From an uncultured archaeon (GTDB lineage Archaea; Thermoproteota; Nitrososphaeria_A; Caldarchaeales; Wolframiiraptoraceae), in NCBI GenBank assembly GCA_938083505.1, contig CALKCF010000001.1, forward strand, positions 32,001 to 96,000: DNA of 64,000 bases. The letters are read 5' to 3'. A program made the translations under genes and the position numbers. Below are positions 1 to 10,595 of the stretch, piece by piece. The notes below the pieces were generated by a model, which saw only the letters and a program-made list of their open reading frames with translations, was not told the DNA's origin and did no database searches. Position 1 is the first letter of the stretch, and every line of letters begins with the position of its first letter.

Positions 1-669
1 ATCGTTTATGTGAACGACCTTAAGGTGCTTCATGCCTATCACACTATCAAATTCCTCAATGGTCTTTTCCACAACCTCTTCGTTTCTCAAATCGTAACCA
101 GCTGCAAAAGCATGGCACGTGTCGAAGCATATTGCGATACGCTTATTATCACCTATCAGGTCTAAAATCCTTCTTAGCTCCTCAAATCTCGAGCCGACAC
201 TATTCTTCTGCCCTGCCATGTTTTCCAGCAGTATTATGACGTCATTCCGGACTTTTTCCAGTGCGGTCTTACATGCTTCCACCACTTTTTGTATGCCGAC
301 ATCGATACCCTTGCCCATATGGCTTCCAAGATGGACTGCAAGGAACTTTATACCCAGCTCGCCGCACCTCTCAAGCTCAGTCATCAAGACTTTGAGAGAC
401 TTAGTGAAGAGTTGCTTCGATGGTGAGGCTATGTTTGGTAAGTACGGCATGTGGCCGACTGGTACGGAGAATCCTTTAGCCGCAACCTTTTCTCTGAACA
501 ATCTGATCTCTTCCGGGTTTAGTTTTTTGAACTTCCATCCCCTCGGGTTCCTTATGAATATCTGAAAAGTACCTGCGCAGCCTATTTCTACAGCCCTATC
601 AACGGCCTTGTCAATCGAGCCCGCTATAGATACATGTGCCCCTAGGATAGGGCCCATTGTCATGTTCAT
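1..669 (-). CDS. nfo: Endonuclease IV (AP endonuclease family 2), 3' end truncated by window edge
   Basis: Manual minus-strand translation: GAHVSIAG, FQIFIRNPRGW, HMPYLPNIASP, VHLGSH, LLENMAG, ICFDTCHAFAAGYD, VVHIND. In-frame ATGs at 669, 663 and 657. Absent from the ORF track because no stop lies in the window. Confidence 0.93.
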   Translation of the reverse strand, partial: MNMTMGPILGAHVSIAGSIDKAVDRAVEIGCAGTFQIFIRNPRGWKFKKLNPEEIRLFREKVAAKGFSVPVGHMPYLPNIASPSKQLFTKSLKVLMTELERCGELGIKFLAVHLGSHMGKGIDVGIQKVVEACKTALEKVRNDVIILLENMAGQKNSVGSRFEELRRILDLIGDNKRIAICFDTCHAFAAGYDLRNEEVVEKTIEEFDSVIGMKHLKVVHIND

Positions 670-735
670 AGTGATCTAGCAACTCATAAAAAAGCATTTA
701 CAAAATAACTTCGACGAAAGGTTCGAAGGGAGTTA

Positions 736-954
736 CTAGAGCCTGCATGCCCTCTTCATCTTTAAGGAGATTAACATAGTCCTAACGTCCTTTGGGTCCT
801 TGGATGTATACAGCACATATTTAGGATTCACATAATTTTTCTTACCACAACCGTGGCATACGAAATAACGCTCAGCAAAAGTAACTTGTAAGTGGCCGCA
901 GCTCGTGCATGATACAACCTTATACTCTTTACGCGATGCTCTAATATTCATCAA
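736..954 (-). CDS. Small Zn-ribbon protein (DUF1922-like)
   Basis: CTSC...CHGC motif pair in a 72-aa basic protein. Confidence 0.65.
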   Translation of the reverse strand: MMNIRASRKEYKVVSCTSCGHLQVTFAERYFVCHGCGKKNYVNPKYVLYTSKDPKDVRTMLISLKMKRACRL

Positions 955-1018
955 TCTTCAAAACAAACTAACTTTATATTAAAGTTAGCTTAGTGGTTTT
1001 GCTGCACTGTAACAGAAG

Positions 1019-3046
1019 GTGTCTGTTTTGCTACAACCATTTAGGGAAAGTTTTACATTAATGCCGCACTACACAGAAATCGTTTTTTATTTAGTCTTAA
1101 TACCATTCACGATAATACTTGTCGTAGGTCTGTATAAGCATTACAAGCTTTACGGAAGGTGTGTAATAGAAGAGCTCGCTAGGCATTGTGGACAGAGGTT
1201 GAAGGTTTTCCTTAGATATGGTCTACTTCAAGCTAGGATACTTTCTGACCGCTTTATGGGTAGTCTACATGTAACACTCTTTATTGGAGTTGCCGCCCTC
1301 TTCATAGGTACGTGTATAGTTTTTCTTGATCATATGATTGAAAAGTTTGGAGGGAAATTGTTAGTGGGAGATATCTACCTAGTTATTGAAACACTCCTAG
1401 ATTTCTTTGGTTTACTCTTCATGTTAAGCGTAGCCGTACTCCTCGTCTCCAGAGTTTTCAGATATCCTTCTAGAATCGGCGTGCGTGTCCAATACATGCT
1501 AGTGTTGATAGGGTTATTTTACGTGGGCGTATCTGGGTTTTTGGTGGAAGGGTTTAGAATATTTCTTAAACAGGTGCCATGGTCTAGCTACTCTTTTATG
1601 GGTGCAACAATCGCAGATGTACTTTCATACTTTAACATTCATCTGGAGTTTGTGTATGGTTTGTACGTTACAGTTTGGTGGAGTCATGCGCTCACAGCGC
1701 TTATGTTAATAGCTTTTCTACCTTATTCAAACCTTATACATATCCTAACGTCATCTATGAACATCTATCTTTCAAGACCTGCTGAGCCTGCTGGAAAATT
1801 GACAACACCATTAAACATTATGACTTTAGGTGAAGTTGGAGAGTCCGAGTTACGTATAGGATTCAAGAGAACAAGAGAGATGAACTGGCGAGATGCGCTC
1901 GGTGTTTATGCTTGTACAGACTGTGGCAGATGTGAGGAGTCATGTCCAGCTTACGAGGCGGGTTCAGCGTTATCACCGAGGAAGCTTATCCAATCGCTAA
2001 AATTCTTACTCGATAAGAGTCTTGAAGACCGTGACGTGCTAGCTGATGATGCGATAAAGGAGGAGGCAGTATGGGCGTGTACTACCTGTCATGCGTGTTC
2101 CTGGAAATGCCCCGTTCTCATAAGCCCTACAAAGTACGTAATCGAAATTAGGAGGGCGACAGTCTTCGAAGGGAAGATGGATGAAAGGGTTTATCCATTA
2201 GTCTCTAACATAGCTAGGATGTCCAATCCATTCGGCATACCCGAGTACGAGAAGAAGAAGTTGATCGAAGAGCTCAAAGGTATAGGTGTAAAAGTTCTAC
2301 CGAACAACGGTGATGTTGAATACCTATACTGGCTCGGTTGTGCTGCTTTTTATGACCCAAGGGTTGGAAAAGTAGCTAAGGCGACCATTAGGCTGTTAAA
2401 GGAGGCAGGATTGAGTGTTGGGGTACTCATCGATGAAAAATGCACTGGTGACCCAGCCAGAAGAGTTGGTGAGGAGGGCAGATTCCAAGAGCAAGCGTAT
2501 GCTAACGTAGAGAAGATCATGGGACTTAAAGTGAAGAAGATAGTGACACACTGTCCACATTGTTACAACACATTAAAGAATGAGTACAAGGAGTTTGGAC
2601 TAGAGGCCGAAGTCATCCACCATACTCAACTGTTGAGCAAGCTGCTAGAAGATGGAAGGCTTCGTATAAAGAAAAGACTTGAGGCATATGCCGTACTGCA
2701 TGATTCGTGTTACATAGGTCGTGTGAATGGAATATACAACGAGCCAAGACATGTGTTATCTACTGTACTATCGGGTAGGCTTTTAGAGTTTCCGCGTTCA
2801 AGAGAAAATAGTTTCTGCTGTGGTGCAGGCGGTTGCAACTATTGGTACCACATACCGAGGGTCAAGAGGGAATCTCTGATAAGAGTTGAGGAGGCAATCT
2901 CGATAGGCGCAAAGATTCTTGTTACTGAGTGTCCATATTGCCTAGCGATGTTTGAGGATGCTGTGAGGGTCATGAACCTTGAGGGCTTTATTGTAAAGGA
3001 CGTGGCGGAAATCTTAACAACATCAGTCTTTGACAAAGAAATTTAA
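1019..3046 (+). CDS. Membrane Fe-S oxidoreductase (NarI/DUF224-like TM domain, 2x[4Fe-4S], two CCG domains; FadF/EMO-like)
   Basis: N-terminal TM helices with His residues; CTDCGRCEESCP and CTTCHACSWKCP; CTGD, HCPHC, HDSC, CCGAGG, CPYC; directly upstream of etfBA. Confidence 0.88.
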   Translation: MSVLLQPFRESFTLMPHYTEIVFYLVLIPFTIILVVGLYKHYKLYGRCVIEELARHCGQRLKVFLRYGLLQARILSDRFMGSLHVTLFIGVAALFIGTCIVFLDHMIEKFGGKLLVGDIYLVIETLLDFFGLLFMLSVAVLLVSRVFRYPSRIGVRVQYMLVLIGLFYVGVSGFLVEGFRIFLKQVPWSSYSFMGATIADVLSYFNIHLEFVYGLYVTVWWSHALTALMLIAFLPYSNLIHILTSSMNIYLSRPAEPAGKLTTPLNIMTLGEVGESELRIGFKRTREMNWRDALGVYACTDCGRCEESCPAYEAGSALSPRKLIQSLKFLLDKSLEDRDVLADDAIKEEAVWACTTCHACSWKCPVLISPTKYVIEIRRATVFEGKMDERVYPLVSNIARMSNPFGIPEYEKKKLIEELKGIGVKVLPNNGDVEYLYWLGCAAFYDPRVGKVAKATIRLLKEAGLSVGVLIDEKCTGDPARRVGEEGRFQEQAYANVEKIMGLKVKKIVTHCPHCYNTLKNEYKEFGLEAEVIHHTQLLSKLLEDGRLRIKKRLEAYAVLHDSCYIGRVNGIYNEPRHVLSTVLSGRLLEFPRSRENSFCCGAGGCNYWYHIPRVKRESLIRVEEAISIGAKILVTECPYCLAMFEDAVRVMNLEGFIVKDVAEILTTSVFDKEI

Positions 3047-3098
3047 GAAATAAAAAATTTATTATATATTATTAAAATTCGGTACTCTGTGATATTGC

Positions 3099-3872
3099 AT
3101 GTTGAATGTCCTCGTATGTGTGAAACAAGTTGTAGACATAAATCAGCTTAGAATATCTGATGGATCCATCGAAGAAGCCATACGACGCGCACCAAGAAAG
3201 ATCAGCGAATTCGACCTGAACGCGTTAGAAGAGGCCATAAGGTTAAAAGAAAAACACGACGGCAAAGTCATGATTCTCAGCGTCGGTTCTGATGTTAAAA
3301 CCATGCTGATAAGGGAGGCACTCGCAATGGGTGCCGACGAGGCTTACGTCGTCTCGGACCCCCTCATGGAAGGCTCTGATGGGTTTGTTACCGCCACGGT
3401 ATTAGCAGAGGCAGCTAGAAGGATAAAAGGGTGGGATATCATACTCTGCGGGGAGGCGTCCTCTGATGAGGCTGGATATCAAACAGGTCCTAGGTTAGCC
3501 AAGGAGCTCGGCATACCTTTCCTGGCCTATGTGACGAAGCTAGAACTGAGATCAGGTAAAGCGTTGGTTGAAAGAACTTTAGAGGATGTCGTGGAAACTT
3601 ACGAGGTACCGCTGCCCGCTCTATTCACAGTGGGCTTAGAGATAAACACACCAAGGATTCCAAGCCTACTTATGATAAAGGTAGCATCCAAGAAACCTAT
3701 AACGTCTTGGAGTTTGAAAGATTTGGGGATAACTGTCAAGCCAGCTTTAAGAACGATAGAGATGAAGGTCTTGAAAAGTGAAAGGAAGAACGTGGTGATA
3801 GAGTGCAGCCCCGAGGAGGCGGCAGAAAAGCTGGTCATGAGTCTATTGAGGGAGGGTGCTATAAAGGTATGA
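3099..3872 (+). CDS. etfB: Electron transfer flavoprotein beta subunit
   Basis: VCVKQVVD, DLNALEEAIRLKE, ALAMGAD, INTPRIPS motifs. Confidence 0.95.
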   Translation: MLNVLVCVKQVVDINQLRISDGSIEEAIRRAPRKISEFDLNALEEAIRLKEKHDGKVMILSVGSDVKTMLIREALAMGADEAYVVSDPLMEGSDGFVTATVLAEAARRIKGWDIILCGEASSDEAGYQTGPRLAKELGIPFLAYVTKLELRSGKALVERTLEDVVETYEVPLPALFTVGLEINTPRIPSLLMIKVASKKPITSWSLKDLGITVKPALRTIEMKVLKSERKNVVIECSPEEAAEKLVMSLLREGAIKV

Positions 3873-4831
3873 GCGGAAAGGCGGTTCTTGTCTTCTCCGA
3901 AGAAGATAACCTTGCGTTTGAGCTTCTTGCTTTGGCTAAACAGTTATCGAACCAACTAGGTTCTTGGACAGGGGCCATAATCTTAGGTGACGGGGAAGAT
4001 AGGGTTGTCAAATTTACGGAGCACTGTGCTGATAAGATCTTCGTGGTCTCAGAAGTTGATCCACAAAGAAATGGACCAGATGTAATTGCTGAGGCTGTAG
4101 CGCAGGTTGTTTCAAACATGTTGCCACACATAGTGCTAATTGCGGCGACGAAAATAGGAAAGGAAGTTGCCGCCTATTTGGCGCAAAGCCTACGCACAGG
4201 ATGCGCATCGGGGTGCTTAGACGTATCGCTTAGAGATTCGCAGGTTGAGGTCACTAGGTTTGTAATGGGTGGTAGATTTTTAGCAAGACAGATTTTTGAA
4301 AGTTATCCCGCCGTAATCACAATACCGCCCCACAGATTTCAAGCAATACAATTAAAAGGTAACGGAAGCGTAGAAAATGTAAAGGTTACAGTACAGAAAA
4401 GGATCTCTAAACTTGAGTTCCGAGCGGTTGAGAAAAGTGGTGCTGAGCTTGAGGATGCAGAGGTTGTGGTTGCTATAGGGAGGGGCCTAAAAAGAAAAGA
4501 TGACTTAAAGCTGGTGGAGGAGCTTGTTAAGGTGTTAGGAGCTGAGCTTGGTTGCACGAGGCCAATATCTGGAGACTTAAAGTGGCTTCCCGAGGACAGG
4601 CATATAGGGCTTTCTGGAAAGCATGTGAGGCCTAAACTATACATTGCAGTCGGTGTGTCAGGCCAGATACAACATGTTGTAGGCATGAGGGATTCAAAAA
4701 CTGTCGTATGTGTAAACACAGACCCAAACGCTCCGATGCATAAAGAAGCTGACTACAGCATAGTAGGCGATCTTTACAAAGTTTTACCAGCCCTTACTAA
4801 TATTATTAAAAGAATAAAGGAGAAGGCCTAA
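3869..4831 (+). CDS. etfA: Electron transfer flavoprotein alpha subunit
   Basis: VVVAIGRG, GCTRP, IGLSG, YIAVGVSGQIQHVVGM, NTDPNAP. ATG 3869 overlaps the etfB stop (ATGA); the ORF-track start at 3803 is likely too long. Confidence 0.95.
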   Translation: MSGKAVLVFSEEDNLAFELLALAKQLSNQLGSWTGAIILGDGEDRVVKFTEHCADKIFVVSEVDPQRNGPDVIAEAVAQVVSNMLPHIVLIAATKIGKEVAAYLAQSLRTGCASGCLDVSLRDSQVEVTRFVMGGRFLARQIFESYPAVITIPPHRFQAIQLKGNGSVENVKVTVQKRISKLEFRAVEKSGAELEDAEVVVAIGRGLKRKDDLKLVEELVKVLGAELGCTRPISGDLKWLPEDRHIGLSGKHVRPKLYIAVGVSGQIQHVVGMRDSKTVVCVNTDPNAPMHKEADYSIVGDLYKVLPALTNIIKRIKEKA

Positions 4832-4839
4832 AAACCTTT

Positions 4840-7038
<2,199 letters not shown>

Positions 7039-7067
7039 CTAAAATAAAAACTAATAAATTTAAATCC

Positions 7068-8525
7068 CTAGCCTTTAATTACGCCTATAGGAACAAACCT
7101 AGCAACTTTTGTAGCTATTCCTACAGCGTGGCTTACATCAACAACCTCATCGACGTTCTTATATGCTTCGTCGGCCTCTTCTATTAAGGTCTCCGTGCTG
7201 TCGCTCCTGACGATTATGCCTTTGCTTTCCATCTCTTTTATAATAGTTAGGCCTGTGTAACGCCTCTTCGCACCTGCCCTGCTCATTTCTCTTCCAGCCC
7301 CATGAGCCGTGCTACCGAAGCTCAGCTCCATAGCTTTTGGATTTCCTAGCAAAAGCCAGCTTGCCGTTCCCATTGAGCCAGGAATTATCACAGGCTGCCC
7401 TATGCTCCTGTAATCACTGGGTATGAGTGGATGTCCAGCGGGGAAACTCCTCGTCGCTCCTTTTCTGTGAACATAAACGTCCTTCGTCTCACCGTTTACT
7501 TTATGCTTCTCTAGTTTCACGATGTTGTGGGCCACGTCATACACAAGCTTCATTCCAAGAGATTCTGCTGGCTGTTTGAATACCTCCTCGAAACTCTGTC
7601 TAACCCAGTGGCTAATCGCTTGCCTATTCGCGAACGCAAAGTTAACGGCGCACGCGAATGCCTTAAGGTACTGCTCAGCCTCGGGAGTGTTGGCAGGTGC
7701 GCATGCAAGCTCCCTATCTGGTAGCTTGATTCCATACTTGTGAGATGCCCTTTCCATGACCTTCAAGTAATCACTACATATTTGGTGACCGTAACCTCTG
7801 CTACCTGTATGGACTAAAACCGTTATCTGATTCTCATGATGTATCCCAATAATCTTTGCTGCTTCGCGGTCAAATATTTTGTCAACCCTTTGTATTTCGA
7901 GAAAGTGATTGCCGCTACCGAGCGTACCTATCTGAGACTCGCCTCTACTCTTAGCAGTCGGTGAGACTTTTGAGGGATCCGCTCCTTTTAAAGCCCCCTC
8001 TTCCTCTATGTACTTTATATCCTCACCCCATCCAAGCCCATACTTTTCTATTATATAGCGCGCCCCCTCTATCGCTATCCTATCAAGGTCTGAAGCACTC
8101 ACTCTGAAGTCCTTCCGCCTACTTCCAAGACCTGCGGGAATATTCCTAAAAATCGTGTCTATTAGTTCCTTTAACTTGGGCATGACTTCCTTTACGGTAA
8201 GGTTTGTTACCATAAGCCTGACGCCGCAGTTGATGTCGTATCCTACACCTCCTGGCGATATAACACCCTCCGTCGCATCCATAGCAGCCACACCTCCTAT
8301 GGGGAAACCGTACCCTTCGTGCGCATCAGGAAGCACTACGCTAGCTTTGTATATGCCTGGAAGCATAGCAACGTTTGCACCCTGCTCAAGTGTTCTGTCC
8401 TGTGTCATCTTTTGGAGTAACTTCTGAGATGCGAATATCACGACCGGTACCCTCATGCCCTGTTTGAAATCCTTCTCTATGGTCCATACGTTTTCATCTA
8501 ACTTCTTTAACGGTATATTGTTCAT
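7068..8525 (-). CDS. rtcB: RNA-splicing ligase RtcB
   Basis: LPDAHEGYGFPIGG, GYDINCG, GSGNHF, HTGSRG, HRKGAT, PGSMG, STAHGAGR. Confidence 0.97.
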   Translation of the reverse strand: MNNIPLKKLDENVWTIEKDFKQGMRVPVVIFASQKLLQKMTQDRTLEQGANVAMLPGIYKASVVLPDAHEGYGFPIGGVAAMDATEGVISPGGVGYDINCGVRLMVTNLTVKEVMPKLKELIDTIFRNIPAGLGSRRKDFRVSASDLDRIAIEGARYIIEKYGLGWGEDIKYIEEEGALKGADPSKVSPTAKSRGESQIGTLGSGNHFLEIQRVDKIFDREAAKIIGIHHENQITVLVHTGSRGYGHQICSDYLKVMERASHKYGIKLPDRELACAPANTPEAEQYLKAFACAVNFAFANRQAISHWVRQSFEEVFKQPAESLGMKLVYDVAHNIVKLEKHKVNGETKDVYVHRKGATRSFPAGHPLIPSDYRSIGQPVIIPGSMGTASWLLLGNPKAMELSFGSTAHGAGREMSRAGAKRRYTGLTIIKEMESKGIIVRSDSTETLIEEADEAYKNVDEVVDVSHAVGIATKVARFVPIGVIKG

Positions 8526-8564
8526 GCCAAATTATAATTTAACTCTCGTATATTTAAACCATTG

Positions 8565-9602
8565 TTAATTTGTCCCACATTTTTGGAGAAGGTGTTCTGA
8601 CAATATTCGCCATAACTCATCCGTAACTGTCGACTTTATGCTCTCAACGGTACCTTCAGACCTTATCACTTTTCTTCCATACTTTTTAGGTACCACTTCG
8701 CCTATAATTGCAGCTTTTATACCTGCCCTTTTAAGGGCGGAAATTATTTTTTTATAATTACCTCTAAAAGAGGCTATCAGAGTGCCTGAACTTATCAGTT
8801 TCAAAGGGTCGCACCTTAGTGTTTCACAAATTATCTTAGTCTCTCTAGCAATCGGTATGGCATTTTCATAAACAATAAACCCTGTCCCAGAAGCCTCGGA
8901 CATTTCGTAAAGCCCGCCCAACAGGCCACCTTCGGTCGGATCATGCATCGCCGTGGCAAGACCCGTTGACGCTATCTTTATGGCCTCATTCACGACGCTT
9001 ATCTTCCTGTAAAACATAGAGGCCCTTTTGAGTAAACGTTTGTCTATTTTCGAGCTAAGTGCCTCTGACAAATCCGTAGCAAGTATCGCCGTTCCCTCTA
9101 TGGCCGCAGTCTTCGTCATGAGTATCTTATCACCAGGTTTCGCGCCCCTCGTCATGTAGTATTTATTCCCTTCAACTATTCCTATCATCGTTCCGATTAT
9201 GATTGGTTCAGATATATGGAGTGCAACCTCGGAATGGCCCGTGATAACTGAGACGTGAAGTTCCGATGCTGCCCTATGAATCTGCTTGACTATGGACGCG
9301 AATAAGTGTTCATCGTTTTTGGGCAGTAGTATACAAGATGAAAACCAAGCAGGTTTTGCGCCACAAACTGCTACATCATTAGCATTTATGTGAACTGACA
9401 ACCACCCGAGTAATTTCCTCGAGCCGGTTATAGGATCGCACGCTATAACTAGGCGTCTCTTGGGTACATCGACGACTGCCGCATCCTCGCCATATGCTGG
9501 CCATAGAAGAACATCCTTCCTCTTCGCTCCTAACCATTTGAAGACCGTTTTTTCCAGAACTTCTTTCGGCAATTTACCGTAGGTTGTCCTCATATCGTAC
9601 AT
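8565..9602 (-). CDS. AIR-synthase/HypE-related (PurM superfamily) protein
   Basis: GEDAAV, DPITG, HINANDVAVCGA, GHSEV, MHDPTEGG, DPLKLISSG. Confidence 0.85.
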   Translation of the reverse strand: MYDMRTTYGKLPKEVLEKTVFKWLGAKRKDVLLWPAYGEDAAVVDVPKRRLVIACDPITGSRKLLGWLSVHINANDVAVCGAKPAWFSSCILLPKNDEHLFASIVKQIHRAASELHVSVITGHSEVALHISEPIIIGTMIGIVEGNKYYMTRGAKPGDKILMTKTAAIEGTAILATDLSEALSSKIDKRLLKRASMFYRKISVVNEAIKIASTGLATAMHDPTEGGLLGGLYEMSEASGTGFIVYENAIPIARETKIICETLRCDPLKLISSGTLIASFRGNYKKIISALKRAGIKAAIIGEVVPKKYGRKVIRSEGTVESIKSTVTDELWRILSEHLLQKCGTN

Positions 9603-9637
9603 TCTAACATGTGCTCTGACTTTAATACATTAAAACT

Positions 9638-10306
9638 CTATAACGACCTATTGCGAAGTATGTTCTCCACTTTTGGCACATCTGCTGCAGAAGAAACTCT
9701 ATATAGGATAGCAAGTTTGCTATCAAACAACCTGAGGGCATTGGTTGACACATAAAGCACATTTCTAAGCTTCTTGATAAGCTCAGGTAAATGCATCTCA
9801 GGATACTTTTTAAAAGCTTCAATGAAGGGGTCGGTTTGGTAGGATGCCAAGCTGAAGTCGACATTATTATTTAGCATTCTGGGTAACACAGCCGTGAATT
9901 TTTTGGAGGCTTCTAGCAAAAAGTAAGTAAATTCTAGTGTTATGCACGGCATATCGCAAGGAAGGACGAGTACACTAGAACTCGGAATGTGCTCCAGAAC
10001 CTCTCTTACCTTTTCATATTCATTCGAATACTGAGTTTTCTCCATCCTCATGAGTGAGGCAAAGTATTTTTCACATATAGGCTCGTAAGCCTCAGCCTGC
10101 GTTTCATTCTCAACCGATAAGAACAACTCTGTAACCTCGTCGGGCACACTGTCAAGGACGTACTCAATCATAGGCTTCCCAGCTATCTTTACCAACCCTT
10201 TCTTATCACCCATGTAACCTTTTCCGTTTACAATGATGACACAAGAATAACTTCTTGTCCTACCTTTAGACATGGATGCCAACCGTTCCTCTTTTTTCAT
10301 TATCAT
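9638..10306 (-). CDS. MobA-like NTP transferase (divergent)
   Basis: KGLVKIAGKPMIEYV and VLVLPCDMP motifs; N-terminal glycine-rich loop is degenerate. Confidence 0.7.
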   Translation of the reverse strand: MIMKKEERLASMSKGRTRSYSCVIIVNGKGYMGDKKGLVKIAGKPMIEYVLDSVPDEVTELFLSVENETQAEAYEPICEKYFASLMRMEKTQYSNEYEKVREVLEHIPSSSVLVLPCDMPCITLEFTYFLLEASKKFTAVLPRMLNNNVDFSLASYQTDPFIEAFKKYPEMHLPELIKKLRNVLYVSTNALRLFDSKLAILYRVSSAADVPKVENILRNRSL

Positions 10307-10418
10307 AACAATATTAGTTATAATTAGTTATAGTTGTCCCTGAATATAAATGCTTTAGAAGTTTCAGCCAGCTGTATAACGATTACAATAAAGCCTTAAC
10401 GTAGAATTGTTACGTACT

Positions 10419-10434
10419 CGAAACGCTTAAATAA
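10419..10434 (+). promoter_or_regulatory. Probable BRE/TATA promoter of the aromatic amino acid operon
   Basis: CGAAACGC-TTAAATA, predicting a TSS near 10455. Confidence 0.55.
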
Positions 10435-10457
10435 AAACGCATAATGCAATTTACTAA

Positions 10458-10590
10458 AGAGAGGCGGTGAACGTGAGGGATTGCCTTTTCTTCATGGCTG
10501 GCTATAGCTGGTATTGCTATAGCCAGCCAGACGCCTCTCTCTAAAGCTATCTTCTCCTTTTTGGGTTTTTGTGGCTTTGGAGGGAGGTCA
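10458..10590 (+). promoter_or_regulatory. Structured 5' leader / candidate attenuator
   Basis: Perfect 14-bp hairpin 10495-10508/10516-10529; 9-bp helix 10458-10466/10532-10540; competing 17-bp helix with 4 G-U pairs 10534-10550/10571-10587 covering the lysC SD; U-rich tract 10551-10570. Confidence 0.7.
10473..10544 (+). CDS. Putative aromatic-rich leader peptide MRDCLFFMAGYSWYCYSQPDASL
   Basis: GTG 10473 preceded by SD-like AGGCGGTGA (10462-10470); alternative in-frame GTG at 10467; 6 aromatic codons (F,F,Y,W,Y,Y) within 11 codons; TAA 10542-10544. Confidence 0.6.
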   Translation: MRDCLFFMAGYSWYCYSQPDASL

Positions 10591-10595
10591 TGTCT

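Noticed and set aside
119-565. 148-aa plus-strand ORF
   Set aside because: Antisense shadow of the endonuclease IV gene. The same applies to the many short antisense ORFs inside cdc48, ppsA, copA, the dpp genes and others.
10444-10470. uORF MQFTKERR overlapping the leader start
   Set aside because: Its ATG lies only about 10 nt after the TATA box, upstream of the predicted TSS, so it is probably not transcribed
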